Source: an uncultured Lachnospiraceae bacterium
GTDB taxonomy: Bacteria; Bacillota; Clostridia; Oscillospirales; CAG-272
Direction of reading: 5' to 3'
Assembly (NCBI GenBank): GCA_964569225.1
Contig: CAZMTU010000001.1
Span: 2,422-66,421, forward strand
Length of the DNA: 64,000 bases
The notes under the pieces were generated by a model that did not search any database, was not told where the DNA came from, and worked only from the letters and a program-made list of their open reading frames with translations. Within the stretch, counting starts at the first letter, position 1, and every line of letters starts with the position of its first letter. Both the position numbers and the translations under genes were made by a program. Shown in pieces: positions 24,166 through 33,728 of this stretch.

Positions 24166-25506
24166 GTGAAGCCCTTCCTGATTCGCTGCCAAAATGCGCT
24201 TCGGCGCTTTTGGACTGATTTGAAGCAGAATAAATTACCGCAGCCCGCTTTTATGCCTCAGCGTAATTTCTGGGTTTATCTGATCCTGATTTTGCTGGCG
24301 CTGATCTTTACACAGGCGCTTCGCTCCCCTGTATCGGGAGTTATCTTCCTGTTCGTGCTGTTTTTGCCGGTAATTTGCCTGCTTTACCTATTGCTGGAGG
24401 TTCTGACGATCAAGCTCTATCTGAACACCAGCGCAACCGAAACTGAAAAATACTCGCCGGTGGAGTTTTCACTGGCGCTCTCCAATGAATCACCGATTCC
24501 CTTCCCCTTTGTGGAAGCGGTCATCACAGTTCCTTCCGATGATGCGGTTCGCTGTGAAAGTCAGCGCACCAAGCTGTCGCTGATTCCCTTCGGCAGCTAT
24601 ATCATTGAAAAAAAACTGGCGTTTTCCTATCGGGGCAGCTATGAGATCGGTGTAAGCGATGTTTATTGCTATGATTTTTTCCGCATGTTCCGTTATCGGG
24701 TAAGTGTTAATCTCTTTCGGGAGTTGTTTGTACTTCCCCGCCGATTGATGATGGCGCAGGAAAGCGCGGGAGAACGGGTACAGGAAGAAACTGAAACCAC
24801 TGTTTTGCAAAAGGGACAGGACCATACCGAAATGAGCGATATCCGGAGCTATCAGCCCGGCGACAGTCTGCGCTCGGTTCACTGGAAGCTGTCCAGCAAA
24901 ACGCAGGATATGATGGTGCGCCAGTACGCCCGAAACGCTGAGCAGCAGACTTATGTTTTTGTGGATACCGGTCGGCGTTTTGACAGTTCGGACAAGCGCT
25001 GGATGCCGGATATTAATGAATTTGCCGCTGACGGTGTGATCGAATCTTCACTGGCGGTGACGGCGCATATTCTGCAAAAAGGCGGGCAGTCGGTTACGCT
25101 TACTTGGTATGATTCCCGCGGCACCGATGATTATTGCTCCGTGCGGCTTTATTCGGCCGCTGATCTTGATCAGATTTTCAAGCTATTCGCTACCGCGCCG
25201 ATTACAGATACGCCTTATCCGGTTACGGAACTGGCATCGCTGACGGAAGATAATACCGACGGCGTTTCTTATATTTTTGTGAGCGGTTCGTTGGATGATC
25301 GGCTGGCAGCGTCGCTGACCAGTCTGGAGCTCCCCTCCAGCGCCAGCGTAGAGCTTTATACCTTTGATCCTTATGAACAGGTAGCGCCTGAAGCGCGTTC
25401 CGCTTATTTTGACGAACTGGAGGTGCGCCGATCTGAGCTTGTCCGGTACGGCATCCATCTTCATGACGCACGCACTTCTATTCTGCAAAAGGAGGAGCGC
25501 ATATGA
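24166..25506 (+). CDS. DUF58 domain protein (membrane-anchored, vWA-like)
   Basis: Two N-terminal TM segments. DUF58 signature DIRSYQPGDSLRSVHWKLSSK...VRQY. GTG start 7 nt after moxR. Confidence 0.85.
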   Translation: MKPFLIRCQNALRRFWTDLKQNKLPQPAFMPQRNFWVYLILILLALIFTQALRSPVSGVIFLFVLFLPVICLLYLLLEVLTIKLYLNTSATETEKYSPVEFSLALSNESPIPFPFVEAVITVPSDDAVRCESQRTKLSLIPFGSYIIEKKLAFSYRGSYEIGVSDVYCYDFFRMFRYRVSVNLFRELFVLPRRLMMAQESAGERVQEETETTVLQKGQDHTEMSDIRSYQPGDSLRSVHWKLSSKTQDMMVRQYARNAEQQTYVFVDTGRRFDSSDKRWMPDINEFAADGVIESSLAVTAHILQKGGQSVTLTWYDSRGTDDYCSVRLYSAADLDQIFKLFATAPITDTPYPVTELASLTEDNTDGVSYIFVSGSLDDRLAASLTSLELPSSASVELYTFDPYEQVAPEARSAYFDELEVRRSELVRYGIHLHDARTSILQKEERI

Positions 25507-28430
25507 GAACGCAATACGGCACACTGAACAAACCCTCCAAAGAGGAACGAAAACAGAAGCGAATTCAAAAAAAAGCGGTTAGAAAAAAGAAAAAAGAGCA
25601 AAAAGCGAACAAAAGAAACGGCGGTATTCTGTACAGCCCTGAAAAAATGAAGGGATTTCCCTGTTCAGTGCTCATTGGGTATCTGCTTCGCTTTTTTGCT
25701 ATTGCGTTTTCGCTTTTCGGAGTTCTTTGGCTGTTCTGCGACGCCTTTTTACTGAAGGAAATTTCTGCCGGCTATCTGCTTCTCTACTGTTTTGGCGCGG
25801 TGACGGCGTTTTCTCTGATTTTTATCGGAAAATGGTTTATCCTTGCCGGTATCGGGATTATCGGCGCGTATCTTGGCGCTTTTTATCTGATGATAGGCAG
25901 TCCGCTGACCTTTTTCGTTTCCGGCGTGGAAGAAGTGATCAACCGCATTATGATCCGACTGTCGGACGCGGGGTTTGCAGCCTCCGGCGGTATTGATCTG
26001 CCTTATCTGGGCAGCGGACTTACCTATGCCGTTTCCCGTCAGCAGACATTGACTTACGGCGGTATTTTTGCACTGGCAACAGTGCTGGCGCTGATTTTTG
26101 CCGCTTTTTCCGCTAAACGGACCAGATTGCTGCCTATGATTATCACCGGCGGCGGACTGTGTACCTTCTGCTTTACTTATAATCTCTGCGAAACCAACTG
26201 GGGAATCGCCTGTGTTCTGGCAGGGTTGTGCTCGGCGGCGGTTCTGTCCGCCTATGACAAGACTTACAAGGCGCACAAGCATTCCAAAAAATCCAGAGCC
26301 TATTCGGGCTACTCCGCGGCCTTGGCCGGGGTATTGGCACTTCTTATTTTGCTGATCCCCGCCGCTAATATGACCGAACCGTGGGGCGAGATCGGTTTTA
26401 TTTCTAAACCAATGAGGCAGGCAAGAACGGTCATGACCACCATTCTTACCGGCGGCAACCCTGAATACAACCGGATGAATTCGCTTACGGATCAGCGTTC
26501 AAATGCTTTGGAGGAAGTAAAATTCAATAATGTTCAGCTTTTTGAAGTGCACTCTTACTCCAAGCGTGCCATTTACCTGCGATCGTGGATTGCCAAAGAT
26601 TACGATTACAGCAAGACGGCGTGGAATCAGCTCAGCAGCATTGATTACGATGAAATGGTCCGGGTGCTTCAGAATGAAAGTAAGGGATTTACCGGCGATC
26701 AGATCGCTTACGATCGGTATACTTTGCTGGACGAGCGGCTGTCAGAGCAGCAATTCCCTTCCGAAGCCTATGTCAGCAGTTCCACTTTGGGCTATGTGGG
26801 AACCTTCGTGGATATTGATTATATTAACAATTCAGGGCTGCTTTATGTACTTCCTTCCTCTTATATTTCGTCCTTAGGATTATTTGAGTTTGAATCGAGA
26901 ATTGAAGGGTATCATAACAGCTATGATCTTTATTCCGACGGTATGTACACCTCCGGCTGGTTCAATCTCTTCAAATCATATACTGCCGCGGCGATTTTAC
27001 CCAATTACATGATCGACAACTACGGTCAGGTGTCCGCGCAGACAGTCCTATATTTCGATAAACTGATTGATTTTATCGAAAATCTGAACAGCTACGGAAC
27101 CGATAATTCCGCCGAGCTGATTAGTCTGTTCCGTAATGAACTGGATCAGGCAGGGCTGGTTTCCAGCCGCTATTCCACTGCGGCGTTGGAAAATTACCTG
27201 TCGCTGAGTAATAATGAACGCACAAGGTGGTATAACCGATATGTCCGACTATACCGTGAATATACAGAGTATGTTCACTCGGCTTATACCTCTGTTCCGT
27301 CGGATAGCGAAGGCATTAATCGAATTTATGATGAAATTGAGGATAAGTTAGACGCTGCTGCCAATGACCATGACAAGATCATGGTGATTATCAATTACCT
27401 TGCTTCTAATTATACCTATTCCACCAGTCCTGCCGTCAGCGACAGTAGAACCTATGAAAACGATTTGGATTATTTTCTGTTAGAAGGCAAGGAAGGATAT
27501 TGCGTACAGTTTGCCTCTGCCGCCGCGCTGCTGCTGCGGAAGGCGGGCTTTCCTACCCGCTATGTACAAGGATATATTGCTGACAATTTTGAACGAACCA
27601 CTGACGCGGACGGTTCTATCAATTATACCTCTGCCGTCTATGATAATGCCGCTCACGCTTGGGTAGAAGTATATATTGACGGTTTGGGATGGCGAACTTA
27701 TGAAACTACTCCCGCTTATTATGATTCGCTTTACTTTATTGAGGAAGCTTCAGAAGATCCGAACGCGCCTGTTATCACGACTCCGTCGATCACTACGTCC
27801 GATGTAACGCTCCCGCCTGTGACCGATTCGGATACGGTTACTACAAATCACAATGATCTCGTTCAAACTGCCGGTCAGAATAATTCGGACAACTTGGGCG
27901 GTGCTTCCGGAAAAATTTCTTTTGATGCCGCAAGGTTGGTTAAGATCGCGTTGCTTCTCATCGCTGTGGCGTTGGTAATCGCGTTAGTGATCTGGCAGCT
28001 CCGGCGTGCTAAAAAGATTTCCGATGGGCGAAGCTACTTTATTGATCGGGCAGAGTATGGCAGTTTTGAGGAAAAAGCTGATTTTGATCAGGTAGCAGGC
28101 GTTCTATGCGACAGCATTTATGAAGTGCATTATATCATTGGCAACCGACCGAAACAGGGCGAACTGCCCACGGAATTTGCTGCCCGTATTGAACAGTCGC
28201 CTCCGGCAGATGACAGAAGGGCTCAAAAGATGTATAATCGTATGGCGATGCTGCCTTCTTCCTTAAGCGAGATTACCCCGCTGATCGAAAAGCAGGAATT
28301 TGGCAAGGTTATGAATCGTTCTGAACTGGCGGCGCTTGGCAGCTATCTGCGGGCGCTGATCAACAGTGAATATCCGCATCTTCCCTTCTGGAAAAAGCTT
28401 TGGTACCGTTATATTCGTTTTATGATCTGA
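25503..28430 (+). CDS. Transglutaminase-like polytopic membrane protein
   Basis: Cys-His-Asp core GYCVQFASAAALLLR...HAWVEVY...YETTP. Several N-terminal TM segments plus one late TM. ATGA overlap with the DUF58 gene. Confidence 0.85.
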   Translation: MRTQYGTLNKPSKEERKQKRIQKKAVRKKKKEQKANKRNGGILYSPEKMKGFPCSVLIGYLLRFFAIAFSLFGVLWLFCDAFLLKEISAGYLLLYCFGAVTAFSLIFIGKWFILAGIGIIGAYLGAFYLMIGSPLTFFVSGVEEVINRIMIRLSDAGFAASGGIDLPYLGSGLTYAVSRQQTLTYGGIFALATVLALIFAAFSAKRTRLLPMIITGGGLCTFCFTYNLCETNWGIACVLAGLCSAAVLSAYDKTYKAHKHSKKSRAYSGYSAALAGVLALLILLIPAANMTEPWGEIGFISKPMRQARTVMTTILTGGNPEYNRMNSLTDQRSNALEEVKFNNVQLFEVHSYSKRAIYLRSWIAKDYDYSKTAWNQLSSIDYDEMVRVLQNESKGFTGDQIAYDRYTLLDERLSEQQFPSEAYVSSSTLGYVGTFVDIDYINNSGLLYVLPSSYISSLGLFEFESRIEGYHNSYDLYSDGMYTSGWFNLFKSYTAAAILPNYMIDNYGQVSAQTVLYFDKLIDFIENLNSYGTDNSAELISLFRNELDQAGLVSSRYSTAALENYLSLSNNERTRWYNRYVRLYREYTEYVHSAYTSVPSDSEGINRIYDEIEDKLDAAANDHDKIMVIINYLASNYTYSTSPAVSDSRTYENDLDYFLLEGKEGYCVQFASAAALLLRKAGFPTRYVQGYIADNFERTTDADGSINYTSAVYDNAAHAWVEVYIDGLGWRTYETTPAYYDSLYFIEEASEDPNAPVITTPSITTSDVTLPPVTDSDTVTTNHNDLVQTAGQNNSDNLGGASGKISFDAARLVKIALLLIAVALVIALVIWQLRRAKKISDGRSYFIDRAEYGSFEEKADFDQVAGVLCDSIYEVHYIIGNRPKQGELPTEFAARIEQSPPADDRRAQKMYNRMAMLPSSLSEITPLIEKQEFGKVMNRSELAALGSYLRALINSEYPHLPFWKKLWYRYIRFMI

Positions 28431-28622
28431 CCCTCTTCGTCGGGCAGACGGGTAGCCTGTCCGGCGAACCCGTCAGCCCGGCGAAATTTTATATATGAAA
28501 TTCCCTTTTTTAAAAGCTGCGTTATGCTGAAAAATAGGCATAAGTATTTTGGGGGAAGGCTTACCTTCCTTTTTGAAAACAGTCTTATGCTGAAAAGCCG
28601 GGAATAAAATATTCTTGAAGCT

Positions 28623-28770
28623 GCAGATAAAATCCAAGGGGGCTTGGTCTTTGGAAGTTTATTCTAATCCCGTTTTCGGGGATTTTGAAAAAATCCTCGA
28701 AATTTTTAAAATCGCTTAAATATTAATTTGTTTTTATGATTTAGATTTTAAATTAGAATTTGTCTGCACC
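28623..28770. repeat. Intergenic repeat module 'beta', copy B
   Basis: AGATAAAATCCAA...CTTTGGAAGTTTATTCTAA...TATGATTTAGATTTTAAATTAGAATTTGTCTGCAC aligns with 13381-13535. Confidence 0.65.
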
Positions 28771-28858
28771 CTATATTCTTTTATAAAAGTTTTTAAGAAG
28801 GTTTGGAACCTTTTTTTCAGAAGGGGTTCCAAATATAAATAAAAAAGGAGAAAATATT

Positions 28859-29494
28859 ATGGAAGCCGTATTTGAACGAAATCAAAAGCTGATTGAAACA
28901 ACCGCGTCGGCGCTGCGCAGGCGGCATTTTGAAGTATATACCTGTGCTGCCGCTGAAGAGGCGCGGGAAATTGCGCTGGAACTCATTGATCCTTCAGAGG
29001 TTGTTTCGTGGGGCGGGTCCGCTACTGTTCAGGCGTGCGGTCTGATAGACGCGCTATATGCCAGAGGACAGCAGATGATCGACCGCTCTACCGCTCGGTC
29101 AAAGGAGGAAGCGCAGGCGATTATGCGATCAGCGTTGTTCGCGGACAGCTATCTTATGAGCGCCAATGCGATTTCGGTGGACGGGCAGCTAATAAATATT
29201 GACGGAAACGGAAATCGGTTAGCGGCGCTGCTCTTTGGTCCGAGGCAAGTGATTGTTATTGCGGGCGCTAATAAAATCGCGGGCGATTTTAAGTCCGCGC
29301 TCAATCGGGCAAGATTGATCGCGGCGCCTACCAATGCGCAGCGATTTGATATAGATACCCCTTGCCGTAAGCTGGGGACTTGCGGCGACTGTATTAGTCT
29401 CGACGGTATCTGTGCCCAAATTGTTACTACTCGCATATGCCGTCCTGCCGGGCGAATTAAGCTGATTCTGACTGCCGAATCACTGGGCTTTTGA
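28859..29494 (+). CDS. LUD-domain (LutC/YkgG-like) lactate-utilization-family protein
   Basis: 211 aa. Overall pattern ...SWGGS.T....G....L......NAIS.DG.L.N.DG.GNR.., judged by eye. AAGGAG RBS. Confidence 0.75.
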   Translation: MEAVFERNQKLIETTASALRRRHFEVYTCAAAEEAREIALELIDPSEVVSWGGSATVQACGLIDALYARGQQMIDRSTARSKEEAQAIMRSALFADSYLMSANAISVDGQLINIDGNGNRLAALLFGPRQVIVIAGANKIAGDFKSALNRARLIAAPTNAQRFDIDTPCRKLGTCGDCISLDGICAQIVTTRICRPAGRIKLILTAESLGF

Positions 29495-29572
29495 TTGATT
29501 TCTGTTTTCCGGGCAATACTGTAATTATTACCTCGGACGGCGCTTGTCCGTCCGCAAACGACGGAGTTGGAT

Positions 29573-30559
29573 ATGTGGCTTGTTTTTGCATTGGCGTCCG
29601 CCGGATTTGCAGGCGCAACTTCTGTACTTGCTAAATACGGTATTCAAAAGGTGGATTCCAATTTAGCGGTGGCGCTGCGTACAGTGGTAATTCTCGCCTT
29701 TGCGTGGCTAATGGTGCTAATCACCGGCGGCTGGGCGGATATTGGAAACGCTATCGGATTGAATTTGCTTTTTCTCATTTTGTCTGGCGTCGCCACGGGG
29801 CTTTCATGGCTCTGCTATTTCAAAGCGCTGCAAATGGGATCCGTCAATCAGGTCGCGCCGGTAGACAAATCCAGTACGGCGCTTACAATGATCGGAGGAT
29901 GGCTGTTTTTAGATGAGCCAATGACAGCGGCAAAAATTTTTTCCATTGTACTGATTTTGGTCGGTATGCTGCTGATGCTGGAAAAAAAGACTCTTGGAAA
30001 TCCACAAATTCTTTCGGAAGCTGCTTCTGGCGCCGCGTCTGCCGCTTCACCGGGGACTAACGGTTTAAACGCTGCGGCGAGCGATTCTGATTCCCAAACG
30101 GCAGGATGCTCAAAGAGGAGAGGCGCGCTGAATCGTAAGGGATGGCTTTTTTGGGCAATTGCTTCGGTGGTATTTGCCGCCGCAACCACTCTTCTCTCTA
30201 AAGCCGGCGTACAGAATTTAAATTCCGATCTTGCTTTAGCGATTCGGACAGGGATTGTGCTCATCATGGCATGGCTGATCGTATTCAGTCAGGGGACTCA
30301 AAAACAGATCGGGAAGATCGAGCGAAAATCCATGCTGTTTATCGGGCTGTCCGGGCTGTCCACGGGACTTTCTTGGCTTTGCTATTTTCGGGCGCTTGCC
30401 GACAAACATGCACAGGCGGGCATTGTTCAGCCCATTGATAAGCTGAGCATTCTGGTCAGCGTTGTGCTGGCGCGTATTTTCTTTGGCGAAAAGCTGTCGT
30501 GGCGTGCCAGAATTGGGCTGCTGATATTGGTTGCAGGTATTTTAATTTTATTAATATAG
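29573..30559 (+). CDS. EamA-family (DMT) transporter, two EamA halves joined by an Ala/Ser-rich linker
   Basis: Two similar 4-5 TM halves, each ending in SWLCYF(K/R)AL. ATG at 29573 preferred over the TTG at 29567. Confidence 0.8.
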   Translation: MWLVFALASAGFAGATSVLAKYGIQKVDSNLAVALRTVVILAFAWLMVLITGGWADIGNAIGLNLLFLILSGVATGLSWLCYFKALQMGSVNQVAPVDKSSTALTMIGGWLFLDEPMTAAKIFSIVLILVGMLLMLEKKTLGNPQILSEAASGAASAASPGTNGLNAAASDSDSQTAGCSKRRGALNRKGWLFWAIASVVFAAATTLLSKAGVQNLNSDLALAIRTGIVLIMAWLIVFSQGTQKQIGKIERKSMLFIGLSGLSTGLSWLCYFRALADKHAQAGIVQPIDKLSILVSVVLARIFFGEKLSWRARIGLLILVAGILILLI

Positions 30560-30752
30560 AATCTGTTTGTTTTATGCGGCGGAGAAAGAACGTATGTTCT
30601 TTCTCCGCTTATTTTCCTTGCATTAAAATAGATGCATGTATTTTTTTGTCAGTATTGTCTATTGAAATAGACAATACTTTTTTATAAGCGACAAATAATG
30701 CGATTTTTTGCGCACGCGTTGTGTTATAGTGAGAAAAAAGGAGGAAATTCGT

Positions 30753-31841
30753 ATGAATATGCAGGAAATATTTGAAAAATGGATGATGAATGACCGGGAC
30801 AGCACTCCCTTATGGCGGCTGCCAATTAATGAAATTGAATACAGCTTATTAGAGGATCCTACGGAAGGCGTTGAAATTGCCGCGTTAGCGGAAAACATTC
30901 GGCAATGCGGATTAATTCATCCAATTTTGGTTGAAAAGCAAAAAAAGGGGAAAAAATATAAACTAATTTCCGGAAGACGGCGAATAGAGGCGGTTAAATT
31001 ATTAGGGCGAACACATATTTCTTCTATTTTGGTCAAAGACGGAGGACAGTCTGCTTTAAAACTGGCGCTATCTGAAAATTTTATGCGTAAACAACCTCAT
31101 TTTCTGGATTTCGCGGCTAATTTGCAATCTCTTTTGGAATTTCTCTCATTAAAAGAATTGGCGCAATTATTTTCAGTGAAAGAAGATTTTTTGCAGCAAA
31201 TGCTTTCGCTGCTTACGCTGACGCCATATGAAATGCGCCTTGTTCGATTGCTTCGACTGTCAGAAGCGGACACAATTAATCTGCTTTCAATTCAAAATTT
31301 GTCTTTGCGTAAATTATTGCTGGAAAAGATGCTGCAGGAGGGAAAAAATTGCGATCGTGGCGAGCTAATCCGGCAAGCAGTGGAAACGCCTGATGTACGG
31401 TTAACTCAGTCAGAGAAAATTTGTGTAAAGGACATTCGGGTTTTTTTAAATTCAGTAGAACGCGCCGCTTGCATGATGAAGCAAGCGGGATTCGATACTC
31501 GTATTGATCGAGAAAACAGAAATGAGAGCTATCGATTTGTTATTACGGTTTCCAAAGTACAATATACGCCGCTTAAGCAAGTGAACAAACAAGCACCGGC
31601 TGCAAGCAAAGTTAAACAAATGGGTCCTAATCGTTTTACGGACGCTTTGTTTGAAGATGTTTCACGTGAAACAGTAGAAAGAAATGATGAAAACACTCAA
31701 AAAAACGGTTCACCAAAGTCCGACATGACAGCAATATTTAAATGCAATGACGAAATAAATCAAACAAGCACGCCAAACAAAGAGGTTTTGCTTGGTAATG
31801 TTTCACGTGAAACAAATGAAAATACCATAAATGTCTATTGA
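30753..31841 (+). CDS. ParB/Noc-like N-terminal-domain protein (second ParB paralog upstream of soj-spo0J)
   Basis: ParB box IHPILVEKQ...YKLISGRRRIEAVKLLG. AAGGAGGA RBS before the ATG at 30753. Position is equivalent to noc in Firmicutes. Confidence 0.8.
   Translation: MNMQEIFEKWMMNDRDSTPLWRLPINEIEYSLLEDPTEGVEIAALAENIRQCGLIHPILVEKQKKGKKYKLISGRRRIEAVKLLGRTHISSILVKDGGQSALKLALSENFMRKQPHFLDFAANLQSLLEFLSLKELAQLFSVKEDFLQQMLSLLTLTPYEMRLVRLLRLSEADTINLLSIQNLSLRKLLLEKMLQEGKNCDRGELIRQAVETPDVRLTQSEKICVKDIRVFLNSVERAACMMKQAGFDTRIDRENRNESYRFVITVSKVQYTPLKQVNKQAPAASKVKQMGPNRFTDALFEDVSRETVERNDENTQKNGSPKSDMTAIFKCNDEINQTSTPNKEVLLGNVSRETNENTINVY
31658..31673. promoter_or_regulatory. parS site (perfect TGTTTCACGTGAAACA)
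   Basis: Exact 16-bp palindrome matching the Firmicute parS consensus. It lies inside the noc-like CDS and encodes VSRET. Confidence 0.85.
31799..31814. promoter_or_regulatory. parS site (perfect TGTTTCACGTGAAACA)
   Basis: Second identical copy 141 bp downstream, again in frame as VSRET. Confidence 0.85.
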
Positions 31842-32038
31842 CGGAGCAAGCGATGTGTGGTATAATAAAAACATTAAGGCGCTAAAGCTATAGGCGATTG
31901 GCAAAAAAAGCGGGATGGAAAACTGTAGCCGACTGGAAAGCACGGATTTTACTGCCATATCACTTTATGGACATGCGTTATTCACGCTTGAAATCATTGA
32001 GACACTATTGCAAATAAATTCGCAAAGGATGTGGGGAA

Positions 32039-32800
32039 TTGGGGAAAATAATTGCGTTTTCAAATCAAAAAGGTGGAATAGGTAAAACAACATCGGCGGT
32101 TAATTTGGCGGCATGTATAGCGCAAAAAGGGAAAAAGGTACTGCTGATAGATTTAGATCCTCAAGGAAATGCCACTACCGGCGTCGGAGTTCGAAAAAAC
32201 AGCGATATAAAAACGGCATATGATTTGCTGATCGGCAGTACGGATGCTAAAGATTCGCTCATTAAGACGGAATTCGACAATTTATGGATAATCCCGACTA
32301 ATATTGCGTTGGCTGGGGCAGAATACGAATTGGTTTCCACGGAAAATCGCGAGCGAATTCTGTCAAATAAGCTTGCGGAATTGAAAAAAGAATTCGATTA
32401 CATATTGATTGATTGTCCGCCTTCTCTTGGCTTGCTTACACTAAACGCATTAACCGCGGCGGACGGTATTGTAATTCCGATGATTTGCGAATTTTACGCA
32501 TTAGAGGGACTTTCTCAGCTTATGATGACCGTTCGCAAGGTAAAAAAACATTTTAATCCATCTATTGAAATCACCGGGATTTTAATTACAATGTATGACA
32601 AACGGTTAAATCTGTCGGCGCAGGTAAAGGCTGAATTGGAAAAATACTATGCGGACAAGCTTTTTGAAACAATTGTTGTGAGAAATGTAAAGCTCAGCGA
32701 AGCGCCCAGCTATGGAATGCCTGTTGTCTATTATGATAAATCATCCAAGGGAGCGCAGGCATATAAATCGCTGGCGGATGAGCTTATGAACCGCATTTAA
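32039..32800 (+). CDS. soj: ParA/Soj chromosome partitioning ATPase
   Basis: Deviant Walker A NQKGGIGKTT. TTG start. Confidence 0.9.
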   Translation: MGKIIAFSNQKGGIGKTTSAVNLAACIAQKGKKVLLIDLDPQGNATTGVGVRKNSDIKTAYDLLIGSTDAKDSLIKTEFDNLWIIPTNIALAGAEYELVSTENRERILSNKLAELKKEFDYILIDCPPSLGLLTLNALTAADGIVIPMICEFYALEGLSQLMMTVRKVKKHFNPSIEITGILITMYDKRLNLSAQVKAELEKYYADKLFETIVVRNVKLSEAPSYGMPVVYYDKSSKGAQAYKSLADELMNRI

Positions 32801-32836
32801 TTGCTTGACTAAACAAAAGACAGAAAGGAAGTACTT

Positions 32837-33715
32837 ATGGCAAAACAAAGCGGACTCGGAAGAGGCTTGGATTCACTCTTTGTTGATAATACGGCGCCTG
32901 AAAGCGAATCAGGTGTGCATACCCTTCGCTTAAGCGAATTGCAGCCAAGAGCTGATCAGCCCAGAAAGGCGTTTGACAGCGAAGCGCTTTCACAGCTTGC
33001 GGATTCCATTGCCACGCACGGGTTGATTCAACCTATTATTGTTCGCAAATCAATGGGCGATTTATATGAAATTATTGCCGGTGAGCGTCGATGGCGGGCA
33101 TCCAAAATGGCTGGACTTATTGAAGTGCCGGTAATTGTAATTGAGGCCGACGATCAAAAAACCGCTGAGCTGTCATTGATTGAAAACATACAGCGTGAAA
33201 ACCTCAACGCCATCGAGGAATCGCTGGCTTATAAGGCGTTATTGGAGGAATATAATCTTACGCAGGAAACAGTGGCCGCGCGTGTAGGAAAATCCCGAAG
33301 TACAGTGACCAATTCCCTGCGGCTGTTAGATCTGCCGGAAAGCGTAATCAAAATGGTATCCGAAGATCAGATCTCTGCCGGCCATGCGCGTACGCTGCTG
33401 GGACTAAAATACCGTTCCGATATTGAAGTGGCGGCGGCGACCGTAGTAGATAAGGGTTATTCAGTGCGCGCGACTGAGGAATTGGTTCGCAGAATGAATC
33501 TGAGAGCCGAAAAAGGCAACGAACAAATTAAAAAAACGGATTCGGGTGTGGATTATACTGCGGAATTGGAGAAAAAAGTGCGCAATTTGCTGGGACGAAA
33601 AGTGAAAATCGTTGAAGGCGCGCGCGTAAAAAAGCTCGAATTGGAATACAGTGACAACGACGATCTGCAAAAGCTGCTGATTCAGCTTTGCGGGGAAGAA
33701 ATTACAAAGGATTGA
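32837..33715 (+). CDS. spo0J: ParB/Spo0J chromosome partitioning protein
   Basis: GLGRGLDSLF N-terminus and IIAGERRWRA ParB box. Confidence 0.9.
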   Translation: MAKQSGLGRGLDSLFVDNTAPESESGVHTLRLSELQPRADQPRKAFDSEALSQLADSIATHGLIQPIIVRKSMGDLYEIIAGERRWRASKMAGLIEVPVIVIEADDQKTAELSLIENIQRENLNAIEESLAYKALLEEYNLTQETVAARVGKSRSTVTNSLRLLDLPESVIKMVSEDQISAGHARTLLGLKYRSDIEVAAATVVDKGYSVRATEELVRRMNLRAEKGNEQIKKTDSGVDYTAELEKKVRNLLGRKVKIVEGARVKKLELEYSDNDDLQKLLIQLCGEEITKD

Positions 33716-33728
33716 CAGGGAGAAGAAA

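Noticed and set aside
30560-32038. Replication origin (DnaA-box cluster) near the parS/parAB locus
   Set aside because: I saw no cluster of TTATCCACA-like boxes, and dnaA and dnaN are not in the window. The locus is probably origin-proximal but is not oriC itself.
33716-33728. T-box leader for serS, and S-box/SAM riboswitch for the PLP-enzyme operon (18543-18595)
   Set aside because: serS starts 13 nt after spo0J. The PLP operon leader is only about 47 nt, which is too short for either riboswitch class.
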